A stretch of 64,000 nucleotides of DNA from an uncultured virus (IMG/VR IMGVR_UViG_2030936005_000022) (lineage: Duplodnaviria; Heunggongvirae; Uroviricota; Caudoviricetes). The notes beneath the pieces are model-generated. The model did not search any database. It saw only the letters and a list, made by a program, of their open reading frames with translations, and had not been told where the DNA came from. The position numbers were made by a program, and so were the translations under genes. Shown piece by piece: positions 1-10,744 of the stretch. Every line of letters begins with the position of its first letter. Within the stretch, counting starts at the first letter, position 1. Location of the stretch: positions 1-64,000 of IMG/VR virus record IMGVR_UViG_2030936005_000022. The stretch is one strand, 5' to 3'.

Positions 1-279
1 ATTATCGAGGATAATCAATTGAGTAAAGCTATTCCAGAACAGGTTTACGTTAACGTATCTGAAAGGAATATTAATTACAAGAAAAGTATTATACCTCCAA
101 ACTATGCTGCTGTCATTACAAATGATGGTGCACAACTAATAGAACCTTCCACAATCGAAGGGTACATTTATAACACCGATGACCAAAGCTACTATCGTTA
201 TAATCGAGAGTTCGGGTGGCATCAGGTCATTATGAATAAGTACCGTGCTGGTTACTGGAGAATTGGTTTTAAAGAGTAA
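1..279 (+). CDS. 3' part of a gene truncated by the window edge (hypothetical, probably virion protein)
   Basis: Frame 1 is open from position 1 to TAA at 277-279; the ORF-track TTG start at 19 is probably internal. Confidence 0.6.
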   Translation: MIEDNQLSKAIPEQVYVNVSERNINYKKSIIPPNYAAVITNDGAQLIEPSTIEGYIYNTDDQSYYRYNREFGWHQVIMNKYRAGYWRIGFKE

Positions 280-288
280 GGAGAACTT

Positions 289-738
289 ATGACAAACGAA
301 GCTGTGGGTGCGATATTTCTCGCCAAGAGTACTGGACGGATGATGCTTAATCTACGTTCGGACTCGGTGACGTACTCAAACAATTGGGGCTTCGTTGGTG
401 GGAAGATAGAACATCATGAAAGCCCTATACAAGCATTACACCGTGAGATTGAAGAAGAACTAGGAACATCTGTTCCTGATATTGAAGATATCATTCCTTT
501 TGATGTTTTCTGTACTAAGAATGGAAAATTCAAGTACTATTCATTCATCATTGTATTGCCTGACGAATTTATTCCTGATCTAAATGATGAAAGTGCTGGC
601 TATGCTTGGGTTAAAATTGGCAACTGGCCTAAACCACTACATCCTGGGGCGAAGAGTACACTCTACAATCCTACAATTGTTCATGACTTTAATTCTTTAT
701 GGGATTCCATAAAAAAATGGCAAACCATTCTTGAATAG
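289..738 (+). CDS. Nudix hydrolase
   Basis: Nudix box GGKIEHHESPIQALHREIEEELG; RBS AAGGAG upstream. Confidence 0.9.
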   Translation: MTNEAVGAIFLAKSTGRMMLNLRSDSVTYSNNWGFVGGKIEHHESPIQALHREIEEELGTSVPDIEDIIPFDVFCTKNGKFKYYSFIIVLPDEFIPDLNDESAGYAWVKIGNWPKPLHPGAKSTLYNPTIVHDFNSLWDSIKKWQTILE

Positions 739-749
739 TTTGCCGATAT

Positions 750-786
750 AAAAAAAGGTAGCCCTGTGGCTACCTTTTTGTTTTTT
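750..786. terminator. Bidirectional intrinsic terminator
   Basis: AAAAAAGGTAGCC-CTGT-GGCTACCTTTTT between convergent genes. Confidence 0.85.
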
Positions 787-1890
787 TTATACACCTACAG
801 GTGGAACACCTGTGAGTTTGATGAATACTGACCATTGAGTTAATTTAGTCTGTCCAGCACTTAAACCAGTAATGTTGCCATCAATACGAATACCTAAATG
901 CTTAGGACTGTTTAATGATGCTAATACATAGTTTTCACAATCAGCTTGTGTTGTACCATTTGCACCCGGCAATGAAACATCAACACCGTTAATATTAACG
1001 TTAACGTTCCAAGTTGATTGAGTACTATCGATTGTATCAATAATCTGAGTTAGGTTAGCAACCTGACGTGGATCTGGAATTTGCGAAGCGGTTGTTGTAC
1101 CCGGAACAAAGTTTCCTTGGTTATTTACATACCACGATCCTTTAATTAGCCATGTCTTGTAGTTCTGTGGAATAGACACTACTTCACCTTCGATTAGGTT
1201 AACTTCGCGAGCAATAATTTTTAGTTCATAAAAATAATTTGACCCGAATTGGAATACACCATCACCATTCTGGAATACGGTATAACCGAACTCATTAACA
1301 TCACTTGCTGCACCTACGTTGAAATACGAAATTGGTTTAGTATTTTGTGATTGTGTAAATGACACATACTTAGTACCAGAATCATATTGAATATCAAGTA
1401 AAGATTCGAACTGTTTATTTTGTGGACGAGAAGTTTGAATTTCACGCCATTCTTTGTCCTTCATTAGTACACGAAGGGAATCACCATTATTAGTTAGAAC
1501 CATTCTACCCATGATTGAGTTAGAACCATCTGGAACTGTGTTAAACACTGTGATCATTGGGATAGCAGCCCAATCAAGCTCGGTTGCAGGATTACTTGCA
1601 TCAGGTTGGCGAGCATTATCAACTAATGAAATAAGTAGTTCACCAATACCAGAAGTATATCTGTACCAGATTTGTCCAGTAACGGAACCTTTTGGTGCTA
1701 ATTGACCTGCAAAGTTTTCTGCTTGCCAAAGGGCGTTTTCGTTCCATGCCTGACCGTAGCCTACTTTATTTCTCCCAACCAAGTTAATTGGTGTTGGGTT
1801 TTGGTTTGGTTGGTTAGGACCAAGTACTGAGTTATTTGGGATCGTCGCGAAGATCTTCCCATTACTTCTATAAATTGAATAGTTAATCAT
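787..1890 (-). CDS. Putative virion structural (tail/baseplate) protein
   Basis: 367 aa; N-terminal LVGRNKVGYGQAWNEN..AENFA..GQIWY segment typical of jumbo-phage tail proteins; late-operon context. Confidence 0.6.
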   Translation of the reverse strand: MINYSIYRSNGKIFATIPNNSVLGPNQPNQNPTPINLVGRNKVGYGQAWNENALWQAENFAGQLAPKGSVTGQIWYRYTSGIGELLISLVDNARQPDASNPATELDWAAIPMITVFNTVPDGSNSIMGRMVLTNNGDSLRVLMKDKEWREIQTSRPQNKQFESLLDIQYDSGTKYVSFTQSQNTKPISYFNVGAASDVNEFGYTVFQNGDGVFQFGSNYFYELKIIAREVNLIEGEVVSIPQNYKTWLIKGSWYVNNQGNFVPGTTTASQIPDPRQVANLTQIIDTIDSTQSTWNVNVNINGVDVSLPGANGTTQADCENYVLASLNSPKHLGIRIDGNITGLSAGQTKLTQWSVFIKLTGVPPVGV

Positions 1891-1899
1891 TTATTATCC

Positions 1900-2508
1900 T
1901 TACTGTAGTTGAACACGGACTGTGTATTTCACTTGTAAAACACGGTTTGCACTTTTTTCTACAGGATGGAAAATGATATGAGTTAGTGGTAAACCATTGT
2001 TACCATCAGTATATAAACCTAATTCATCAAATACATACTTGCCATCCATATTAGTACTGGAGCTTGTATTTTGGTCGGATGGTTCACCCAATCCTAGAGT
2101 ACAAACACAGATAATATCGGTATAGACTTGTCCGGGAATGTGCATAGTAGTGATGTTATTGTATTGTGAATCGATACCTGCGTTTACACGTGGGTTAATT
2201 TTTTTAGCATATGTTTCTGAATATAGTCCACCAAACGAAGTTACACGTGGAGTTTTGTAAGTTACACGACCAGTACTTAATACGACTGTACCACCGTTAC
2301 CGAAACGCATTTCTGAAATAGCACCAATATTGATACCTAAGCTATCGACGTTATTTGCTAATGCATCAGCGATTGCACGGCTCATATTTTCAGGGTGAAT
2401 TGCGTTTGCTTTATCTAGAAGTACTTTAGTATTTTCTGGATCAGTTACGTCCGTAATTAGTACGTGTCCTTTAACGAACAATTTCGGTTGTTCAATTTTG
2501 GATTCCAT
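1900..2508 (-). CDS. Putative baseplate/tail structural protein
   Basis: FGNGG and FDELGLY..LTHIIFHPVEKSANR motifs typical of jumbo myovirus structural proteins. Confidence 0.6.
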   Translation of the reverse strand: MESKIEQPKLFVKGHVLITDVTDPENTKVLLDKANAIHPENMSRAIADALANNVDSLGINIGAISEMRFGNGGTVVLSTGRVTYKTPRVTSFGGLYSETYAKKINPRVNAGIDSQYNNITTMHIPGQVYTDIICVCTLGLGEPSDQNTSSSTNMDGKYVFDELGLYTDGNNGLPLTHIIFHPVEKSANRVLQVKYTVRVQLQ

Positions 2509-2517
2509 TTCTTTTCC

Positions 2518-3015
2518 TTAATAGTTTATTTGGATTTCTTCAATTTTTCCTGCCATACGTTTTTGGAAGTCGGAAGGATCGTGACTGATGTAGTTACGGT
2601 CAATACCAACACGAAGGTAAGTGAAGTTTCCTGTTAATGATTCTGCGAATGTACCAGTAACGCCGTGCTTAGTCATAAGTGCACCAGTGTTTGAATTATA
2701 AATTCGAGTATCGGTAAATTCCATATAATATTTACAACTTTCTGTGAATTTGATTGGGAACCAATCTTCTTCTTGTGGATCGCTCGCTAGAGTTGCTTCA
2801 ACGTATATACGTCCGACGAATTCACGCAAAGTGAAAGCGATTGTATGCAATCCTGTAGTACTTCCCCAATAACCACCTGCTGGTAAGTTTTGGGTAACTT
2901 CATTCCAATAATAGTTATCATTGGATGGATACCAGCTATCGGAATCTTGATAATCGATCCATACGCCTGTTTTATCCTTTCTTCTGTAAAGAAAATTCTT
3001 TGATCTTAGAGCCAT
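2518..3015 (-). CDS. Putative virion protein
   Basis: 165 aa ORF, RBS GAGGA, late TAAATA motif upstream. Confidence 0.5.
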   Translation of the reverse strand: MALRSKNFLYRRKDKTGVWIDYQDSDSWYPSNDNYYWNEVTQNLPAGGYWGSTTGLHTIAFTLREFVGRIYVEATLASDPQEEDWFPIKFTESCKYYMEFTDTRIYNSNTGALMTKHGVTGTFAESLTGNFTYLRVGIDRNYISHDPSDFQKRMAGKIEEIQINY

Positions 3016-3047
3016 TTGTCTGTAGTCCTCTTAAATGAACTTTTAGT

Positions 3048-3086
3048 TATTTATTGGAAGTCAAATGTTATTTTACCTGATAAATA
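3048..3086. promoter_or_regulatory. Divergent late-type promoters (TAAATA)
   Basis: TATTTA at 3048-3053 (minus-strand TAAATA) and TAAATA at 3081-3086 between divergent structural operons; resembles the T4 late TATAAATA. Confidence 0.6.
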
Positions 3087-3120
3087 TCTGTAATATGACA
3101 TAACTCATAAGGAAATACAT

Positions 3121-4243
3121 ATGACAATTTCATTCAATAATGGGTCAAGTAGTTCTTGTAATAGTGCTGGTGCAAAGTTCCACATTAACAGTGCTGGTCA
3201 CTTAATTGTAACTTATGCAGATAACACTATCGAAGACTTAGGACAAGTTGTTGGACATGATGGTGCAAATGGTACAAACTTCTATCCAAACCTAATTGGT
3301 TTTGAAGTTCCTGATGAAAACTTTGAAATAGATCAACCGATCGGCTGGACGTACTTAAGTCTTGCGAACGGCAAAGCTATTTTATACTTTAAAACATCAG
3401 CACCGGGCGTAACTCCTGCAACATGGAACCAATCTGAATTTGGTCGTGGTCCAAAAGGTGACTCTGGTCGTCCTTTCACCATTGACGGTTCAGGAACAAC
3501 TTTACCAACCGATCCTCAGATTCTAGTAGATGAATATACTTTCTACAACACAGAAGATGGTAATATCTACATTTATGATTTGGATACAACTTCTTGGCGT
3601 GGACCATTCCCATTCCGTGGGCCTCAAGGTTTACGTGGTCGTTTTATCATCGACTCACAAGGTACAGACTTCCCATCAATCACAGATCTACCATTAGATT
3701 ATACATTCTATAATACCCAAACAGGCTTTTTGTACTATGTAGAAGAAGATTCAGTAACTCACCAGAAACAATGGAGTCCCGGTATTGAATTCCGTGGTCC
3801 ACAAGGTATTCAGGGTGAAAGTATCAAAGGTGATCCGGGTCAAAATGGTAAAGACATTAAAGTTATCGTTAATGACATTGATACAAGCTATACAAACGCA
3901 TTACTAGTAATTGGGACTTGTCCTGCTGGTTATGTTGTTACAAATATTCAATTAGATGTTCTTCAACCATATGAAGGTGATGTGTCAGAAATGCTCGTTC
4001 GCTTTGGTGGTACTGCACAATCTGAATTGGACGGTACAGTTATCGCTCCATATGATTATTTTGATATTCAAACTCAACAACGTTATATCGTTGATGAAGT
4101 AAATCACGAACCTAGTGATAAAGATGAAAATCATTTCTTGTATTTTCAACGAATCCGTAAATAACAGCACAACTGGTAAGATTCATGTCATCGTAACGAT
4201 TGCATTCCAATCCCCAATTGAACCGATTTCAGACCATATCTAA
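3121..4243 (+). CDS. Collagen-repeat fibre/virion protein, interrupted by an apparent +1 frameshift at 4127-4130
   Basis: Repeated RGPQG/GPKGD/GDPGQ triplets. Removing one A from GAAAATC extends the ORF (EIISCIFNESVNNSTTGKIHVIVTIAFQSPIEPISDHI) to TAA 4241-4243, abutting the next RBS. Confidence 0.7.
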
Positions 4244-4253
4244 GGAGATATAA

Positions 4254-5129
4254 ATGGCAATTTTTTCAAACCTAGACGGAACTATGAAAAAATCGTTTAT
4301 TCTTGGTAAGAATGGTGGACGATTCACATATGATGATACCCAAAGTACTATTAAAGTACAAAACTACCAAGGAAACAGATTAATTCCGATTAGTGCGGCA
4401 GACCCTATTGAGCCTTCGCACTTAGTAACACTAGGATATTTTAATACTCACGGTGGCGGTGGAACAGGTAACCCTATTCTACGCGGCACGTCAGAACCAG
4501 ATGTAGGTCTTGGATCTGATGGGGATTTATATGTCCAAGTAGACGATACTAGTATCGTTCAAATCTTCATTAAAGATAATGGGATTTGGAAACCTTTTAC
4601 TAAACCAGTACCACCTCAAGATTCCGATTATGTAACTGCACATACTGTTCAACCCACCGATTTTAATGGCTCCGGCAGTACTTATACATATGTATTACCT
4701 GTGAGTGTTCATAATCGTGGTGCTGGCGTTCTAGTGCAAATACAGGATTCAACTGGTAACAGCGTACAAACTGAAGTACTGCTCGATAATATCGGGAATA
4801 TTACTTTAGTTACAACTGAAAGACCAACCGAGTACTTAACAATTAAACTTATAGGAGCAACTACTATGACTACACCGTATAGTAATACAATCAACAAGTC
4901 CCAATGGGTGCAGAGTGGAGATATGTTTGTACTTTCAGTACCAGCTACTACACATGGGCAAGAACCGGGTCCACTATATATCGCGATTTATGAAAACGTG
5001 GTAGACGGTGCAACTGGCGTTCCTCCTTTCACACTCGTAACTACCGACAGCACTATCGATAGCTCTGGGAATGTCTCATTCAAATCTTATGCCCCATTCA
5101 GCGGTAAAGTCGTTATTAGCGGAAAATAA
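4254..5129 (+). CDS. Putative virion/fibre-associated protein
   Basis: 291 aa; GTSEPDVGLGSDGDLYVQ segment typical of fibre proteins; RBS GGAGA. Confidence 0.6.
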   Translation: MAIFSNLDGTMKKSFILGKNGGRFTYDDTQSTIKVQNYQGNRLIPISAADPIEPSHLVTLGYFNTHGGGGTGNPILRGTSEPDVGLGSDGDLYVQVDDTSIVQIFIKDNGIWKPFTKPVPPQDSDYVTAHTVQPTDFNGSGSTYTYVLPVSVHNRGAGVLVQIQDSTGNSVQTEVLLDNIGNITLVTTERPTEYLTIKLIGATTMTTPYSNTINKSQWVQSGDMFVLSVPATTHGQEPGPLYIAIYENVVDGATGVPPFTLVTTDSTIDSSGNVSFKSYAPFSGKVVISGK

Positions 5130-5134
5130 TATTA

Positions 5135-5165
5135 ATGTCCAGAACTACAAGGTTCTGGATATTTT
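5135..5165 (+). terminator. Intrinsic terminator
   Basis: TGTCCAGAAC-TACAAG-GTTCTGGATATTTT. Confidence 0.65.
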
Positions 5166-5227
5166 CTCATATTATCCAATAAATACACGTAACAATAATA
5201 GTTCAACAATTCCAACGGAGGGATTAC

Positions 5228-8200
5228 ATGTACTCTATTAAAACTGATCTAGGCGTTTCTGGCAACGGTACGATTGACAAAGATCTTCTTGTAAAAGGCA
5301 ACGCAGTTGTTAAAGGAAATCTTAAAGTTGAAGGTACAGTTGACTTTGCTAACGCAACGTTCACACAGATCACAGTAACAGGTGATGCAAATCTCGCTAA
5401 TATCGTATCTACCGGAACTTCTTCACTTACAAACGTGAATGTTTCTGGTAATACTGTACTAGGTGATGCAAGTACTGATACTGTAACTGTTAATGCAACA
5501 AGCACATTCGCTTCTCCTGTTGTATTACAAGGTAACGTAACACAACAATCTGGAACTGCTTCGTTCAAAGCAACTTCAGCCGATTCACTAACTGTAGCTG
5601 GTGTTTCTACTCTAAACGGCAACCTAAACATGGGTGCTGGCACAAAAGCTACAATGAAAGACCTAGAAACCGATACTCTAAAAGTAAATGGTAACTCTAT
5701 TCTAGGCGGTACACTAGCGGTAACTGGTACTTCTACCTTCGGTGACGTTGTTATCAACGGTACTCTATCTGGTACGTACACAATGGACGCTGGTAACTTT
5801 AACAGTATTAAAGTAGCACAACTAAGTGATCTAAACAACGTTAATATCAAAGGATCTACTACTCTAACTGGTAACTTAACTGGTACTAACAGTACTATTT
5901 CTATCAACCACGTTCGTATGCTTGGCTCAGATGCAATCGTTGATTTCGCATATAATGACCCACTACGTCCTACTGATATTAAATCAAGTATTGAACCTTA
6001 CCAAATCAGTTCTAACAACTTTGTTGCTAAAAGTGTTAAGTCCGACTCCGCAGATATTGGTGTTGTTGGTGGTACTTCTGGTCTACACGCAATCGGTCGT
6101 GCAACTATTGATTACCTAAACATTACTGGTAACAGTACTATTGGCGACCAAACTCAACTAGCAGTACAGGGTAAATCAGTATTCACTGGTAAAACTACAG
6201 TTGGTGATCTAGAAATCACTGGCTCCGTAACAGGTCTAACTTTCTCTGATCTAACTGTTGATTCACTAACTGTAACTGGTGCTTCTAACCTACAAGGTGT
6301 AACTGTTGGTGGTAACATTACTGGTTCTTCATCTAGTATTTCTAAATTCGCAACCTTTACTGTTGCTGATGGTACTGCTGGAAACCACGGTATTATTCAA
6401 TTTGATTATTCTGATTCAGCACGTCCTAATGACATTAAATCAAGTATCGAACCATATAAAGTAAGTACAACAGATGTAGCTGCTAAGAACGTTGTTTCTG
6501 ATGCTGCAACCATCGGTGTTGTTGGTGGTACTTCTGGTCTACATGCTCTAGGTAAAGCTACAATTGATTACCTAAAAATTGCTGGTAACAGTACTATCGG
6601 TACTGCATCTCCACAACTAGAAGTAACTGGTAAATCCATCCTAGGTGATGTTGACTTTACAGGTACTGTAACTGGTCTAACAGTTGATGTTTCCGGTCAA
6701 GATCTAACACCTAACTCTGTAGTTGCTACTGCTGCTGTTACTGGTGATACACTATCGTCTGTTACTACAACTTCGGTTGGTACAAATCTAACAGTTGGTG
6801 GTACTTCTGTACTAACTGGTAAACTAACCGCTCCAGCGGCTGATTTCTCTGGTGACATTAACGTAACTGGTCAAACAGTAACCGTTAAAGATCTAGTTGT
6901 AACTGGTACTACTACTGGCGTAACTGCTGAAGCTGACGTTGATGGGCTAGATATCGCTCCTAACTCTGTAGCTGTAACAACAACTCTAGATGTAACTGGC
7001 AAATCAACTCTTGGTGAAGTTGAAACTGGTGCTACAACTCTAGCATCTGCAACCGTAACTGGTGCAACTACTTTAGCTGGCGTTACTGCTTCTGCACTAA
7101 CTACAACTACTTTAGATGTAACTGGTGCAACAACACTAGCTGGCGTAACTGCATCTACTCTAACTGTCCCAACTGTTGCTGGTACTAAAACAACCTTCAC
7201 TGGTGACGTAGAAGTTCAAGGTACATTTACTCCTGCTGCAATCGATTTAAGTACTACTGATGTAGCTGCTAAGTCAATCACTACAACTGGTGATGCAAAC
7301 GTAGGTGGAAACCTAGTAGTAACTGGAACAGTAGATCTAACTGCTGCTGATGTAAGTGTTAAATCACTAACAACTCCGGGAGTTGTAACTTCTACTGATG
7401 CGACAAATCCAAGTACTCTACCAGTACTAAACAGTACATCTCTAACTGCAACTAATGCAGATATCACAGACCTAACCGTAACTGGAAAATCTGTTGTTGG
7501 TGCTGTAACTTCTAGTGGTAAAGTAACTGCTGTTTCTGTTGAAACTGCAACAATCGCAAATGCTGCTGGTATTACACTAGCTAACGATGCAACTGCTGCT
7601 GGTGACCTAACAGTTCAAGGAACACTTGTTCTAGCTGGTGGTTTAGACCTATCCGATGTTGATATTACTTCTAAGTCTATTACGACTACTGAAGGTGCAA
7701 CAATCGGTGGTAACCTATCTGTTGCTGGTACAGTTGACCTAAGTGGTGCTGATGTTACTGCTCTAAGTTTTGTAAGTACTGATGCTGATAAAACTAACAC
7801 ATTCCCTAAACTACAATCTTCTGATTCTACTTTGGGTGCTGCGAAATCAACAACTCTAAACGTAACTGGTGTAAGTACCCTAGCTGGTGTTACTGCAACT
7901 ACTCTAGATGTTACTGGTGCAAGTACATTTGCTGGCGTAACCGCAAGTGATGTAGCTACCACTACACTAGATGTTTCTGGTTCTGCTGCGTTTGATGGTG
8001 GTATTACTTCTGGTAATTCTCAAGTTGAAATCCTTAAAAATACTTCTGTAACTGGTGATCTAAGCGTTTCTGGAACACTAACTGCTGGTGTTATCGACCT
8101 AAGTACTACTGACGTAACTGTTAAGTCTCTTAACTCACTTGGTAATGCTCACGTTGTTGGTGACCTAACTGTTGATGGTCAATTTGACCTAAGCTCTACT

Positions 8201-9988
8201 AACCTAGCTGCTCTATCTCTAGCGAGTTCTGGTAACACAACTGTTGGTGCTGACCTAGTTCTAACCACAGGTAACATTACTGGTTCACCAAAAGTTTCTG
8301 GTACACTAAACGTAACAGGTGCGACAACCCTAGCTGGTGTTACAACTGGTGCGGCTACACTAAACTCTGCTACAGTAACATCTACTTTAGGTGTAACAGG
8401 TGCGACAACTCTAGCTGGTCTAACCGCTGGTGCTACTGGTGTAACAACCCTAGCAAGTTCAGGTAAAGCAACTCTTAACTCACTAGAAGTAACAAATGCT
8501 TCAGTAATGAAAGGTGACCTAACTGTTGAAGGCACTCTATTACCACAAGGTGGTCTAGATTTATCTGGTGCAGACATTTCTGCAAATAGTCTAGAACTAG
8601 CTGCTGGTGCTACTGTTGGTACTACTCTAGCTGTAACTACTGATGCAACTGTTGGTGGAACTCTAACTGTAACTGGTGCAAGTACTTTAGCTGCTGTAAC
8701 AGCAACTTCCGTAACTGGCTCTGGTGCTGGTAAGTTCGATACCGTAACCTCTGATAATGGTCTAACCGTTACTGCTGGTGGTGCAACTGTAACTGCTGGT
8801 GACCTAACCGTGACTGCTGGGAACATTGTTCAAAGTGGTGCGGCGAGTGCAACTGCTTCATTCAAGAAAACTGCTACTACAAACCTACATGTAGGTTCAC
8901 TAGTATGGGATGAAAGTAAGTACATTGCTGAAGTTGGTGGTGCTGTTCATATTAGTGGTGATCTAGACGTTGATGGTACTATTAACGCTGCGATTAACTT
9001 AACTGGTCGTGATATTGCTCCACGTAGTATTGCAACTTCACAAGATATTACAGTTGGTACTACACTAGATGTAACTGGTCAGGCAACAATGGCATCTGCT
9101 ATTATCGGTGAAGATGGTTCCCCTAACAACAACCTACAAGTTAACGGAAACGTTGTTTGTACTGGAAACTTTACTGTTCAGGGTCTAATCATTGGTACAC
9201 TAGATCAGTCTACTTCTGATATTACAGTTAAGTCTGTAACAGCGACTACTTTCGTTAAAGGGGCAACTCTAGAAAGTACTGGTATCGCTACTATCGGTGG
9301 TAAACTAACCGTTAGTGCTGGTGGTGCTGCTGTAACTGGTGGAACTACATCTGATACACTAACTACTACTGGTATCGCAACTATTGGTGGTAAGTTGACT
9401 GTTAGTGCTGGTGGTGCTGCTGTAACTGGTGGTCTAGCTTCTGATACTCTAACTGTAACTGGTCTAAGTACTCTAGCTGCTGTTAACGCAACTAACGTAT
9501 CTGCAAGTGGAACTCTAGCTGTAACCGGAACTTCTGCCTTTACTGGTAAAGTAACTGCTGCTGACCTAGAAAGTACTGGCACAATCACTGCTAATAACTT
9601 AACTGTTACTGGTACATTGACTACTGATATTGCTGACCTAGTAACTGAATCTGTAACTACCAATCGTTATGCTGTTAAAGCTAAAGCAATGGAAAGTGTT
9701 GGTGCAACTTGGACTCCAGATGGTTCTAGTAACGTTTATAACATTACTCTAACTGCTGCATCCTTGACTATCCCATCATTCCCATACACTGTTGGTGAAG
9801 CTGGTTCTTGGTTCATCTATGTTACACAAGATGCTACTGGTGGTCGTACTATTAACTGGAACGCACCATTCGGTGTTGTTGGTGATAGTGAAATTAACGG
9901 TACTGAAAACTCTGTATCCATCTGTCAAGTTGTTTACAGCGGTGTTGGTGACCGTCTAGATGTGTTCATTGCACAACGTAACCTATAA
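5228..9988 (+). CDS. Long T/G/V/S-rich repetitive fibre protein
   Basis: 1586 aa built from LxVTGxTTL and GDLTVxGTL repeats; TAAATA at 5180-5185; followed by a chaperone-like gene. Confidence 0.75.
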   Translation: MYSIKTDLGVSGNGTIDKDLLVKGNAVVKGNLKVEGTVDFANATFTQITVTGDANLANIVSTGTSSLTNVNVSGNTVLGDASTDTVTVNATSTFASPVVLQGNVTQQSGTASFKATSADSLTVAGVSTLNGNLNMGAGTKATMKDLETDTLKVNGNSILGGTLAVTGTSTFGDVVINGTLSGTYTMDAGNFNSIKVAQLSDLNNVNIKGSTTLTGNLTGTNSTISINHVRMLGSDAIVDFAYNDPLRPTDIKSSIEPYQISSNNFVAKSVKSDSADIGVVGGTSGLHAIGRATIDYLNITGNSTIGDQTQLAVQGKSVFTGKTTVGDLEITGSVTGLTFSDLTVDSLTVTGASNLQGVTVGGNITGSSSSISKFATFTVADGTAGNHGIIQFDYSDSARPNDIKSSIEPYKVSTTDVAAKNVVSDAATIGVVGGTSGLHALGKATIDYLKIAGNSTIGTASPQLEVTGKSILGDVDFTGTVTGLTVDVSGQDLTPNSVVATAAVTGDTLSSVTTTSVGTNLTVGGTSVLTGKLTAPAADFSGDINVTGQTVTVKDLVVTGTTTGVTAEADVDGLDIAPNSVAVTTTLDVTGKSTLGEVETGATTLASATVTGATTLAGVTASALTTTTLDVTGATTLAGVTASTLTVPTVAGTKTTFTGDVEVQGTFTPAAIDLSTTDVAAKSITTTGDANVGGNLVVTGTVDLTAADVSVKSLTTPGVVTSTDATNPSTLPVLNSTSLTATNADITDLTVTGKSVVGAVTSSGKVTAVSVETATIANAAGITLANDATAAGDLTVQGTLVLAGGLDLSDVDITSKSITTTEGATIGGNLSVAGTVDLSGADVTALSFVSTDADKTNTFPKLQSSDSTLGAAKSTTLNVTGVSTLAGVTATTLDVTGASTFAGVTASDVATTTLDVSGSAAFDGGITSGNSQVEILKNTSVTGDLSVSGTLTAGVIDLSTTDVTVKSLNSLGNAHVVGDLTVDGQFDLSSTNLAALSLASSGNTTVGADLVLTTGNITGSPKVSGTLNVTGATTLAGVTTGAATLNSATVTSTLGVTGATTLAGLTAGATGVTTLASSGKATLNSLEVTNASVMKGDLTVEGTLLPQGGLDLSGADISANSLELAAGATVGTTLAVTTDATVGGTLTVTGASTLAAVTATSVTGSGAGKFDTVTSDNGLTVTAGGATVTAGDLTVTAGNIVQSGAASATASFKKTATTNLHVGSLVWDESKYIAEVGGAVHISGDLDVDGTINAAINLTGRDIAPRSIATSQDITVGTTLDVTGQATMASAIIGEDGSPNNNLQVNGNVVCTGNFTVQGLIIGTLDQSTSDITVKSVTATTFVKGATLESTGIATIGGKLTVSAGGAAVTGGTTSDTLTTTGIATIGGKLTVSAGGAAVTGGLASDTLTVTGLSTLAAVNATNVSASGTLAVTGTSAFTGKVTAADLESTGTITANNLTVTGTLTTDIADLVTESVTTNRYAVKAKAMESVGATWTPDGSSNVYNITLTAASLTIPSFPYTVGEAGSWFIYVTQDATGGRTINWNAPFGVVGDSEINGTENSVSICQVVYSGVGDRLDVFIAQRNL

Positions 9989-10012
9989 TAGTAAACTAAG
10001 GAGAATAAATCA

Positions 10013-10645
10013 ATGATTTATGTAGCAGTAACTAAAAACGAATCAGGTGAATATGAAATTCTTAAAACCCTAACAAGCGTTATCAACCAACGTAGCCATA
10101 TTACTGGCACTACAATTGGTAACGTAACCTACCTAGACGCCGCAGGGCGTCTAGAACATGGCTTCTGGGAACAGGAAGATTTATACATCGATACTGGTGA
10201 ATTCAAAGAATTTGATCGTAAAGAAGTTGAGTTTGATGATGTTGACGCTCGTGTAACCAATTCATATTTCTATAAACTAATGGATCTAGCTATAATTCGT
10301 GATGAAATGAAAAATCGTGTTCGTTCTTACCGTTCACAATTATCAACAAGTCAATACACTAAAGATGACAAAGTTTATGACATTTCTTCAGAAGGTCGTT
10401 TGGAACTACAAGGTCTAGTACTAGAATCTTTACTTGATTCTACTATTCAAAGTGTTTCAATGCGTTTACCAAGTGGTGAAGATGTAGAATTAACTGTAGC
10501 AGATCTTAAAGCTCTCTACCTTGAAATTGCATTATACCGCGATGGCTTGTTTGATACCGAAGCCCAACTTATGAGTGCAATTGATGCAGCGGCTGACTAC
10601 GAAGCAATTCGTGCAGCAGCAGTATGGGGCGACCAACCTCTCTAA
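10013..10645 (+). CDS. Putative tail-fibre assembly/chaperone-like protein (DUF4376-like)
   Basis: Directly after the fibre gene; C-terminal ..AIDAAADYEAIRAAAVW is typical of this family. Confidence 0.55.
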   Translation: MIYVAVTKNESGEYEILKTLTSVINQRSHITGTTIGNVTYLDAAGRLEHGFWEQEDLYIDTGEFKEFDRKEVEFDDVDARVTNSYFYKLMDLAIIRDEMKNRVRSYRSQLSTSQYTKDDKVYDISSEGRLELQGLVLESLLDSTIQSVSMRLPSGEDVELTVADLKALYLEIALYRDGLFDTEAQLMSAIDAAADYEAIRAAAVWGDQPL

Positions 10646-10648
10646 AAC

Positions 10649-10677
10649 AAAAAAGACCGCTTAAGCGGTCTTTTTTA
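10649..10677 (+). terminator. Intrinsic terminator
   Basis: AAAAAGACCGC-TTAA-GCGGTCTTTTTT. Confidence 0.85.
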
Positions 10678-10744
10678 TTACCTACAACAAATGAGCTATT
10701 ATAGGGTAAATAATGATATATGAGCATATTCTGAGGAATTTTTA

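Noticed and set aside
5224..9663. Several long minus-strand ORFs antisense to the fibre gene
   Set aside because: Shadow ORFs caused by the repetitive codon pattern of the real gene; no RBS or promoter.
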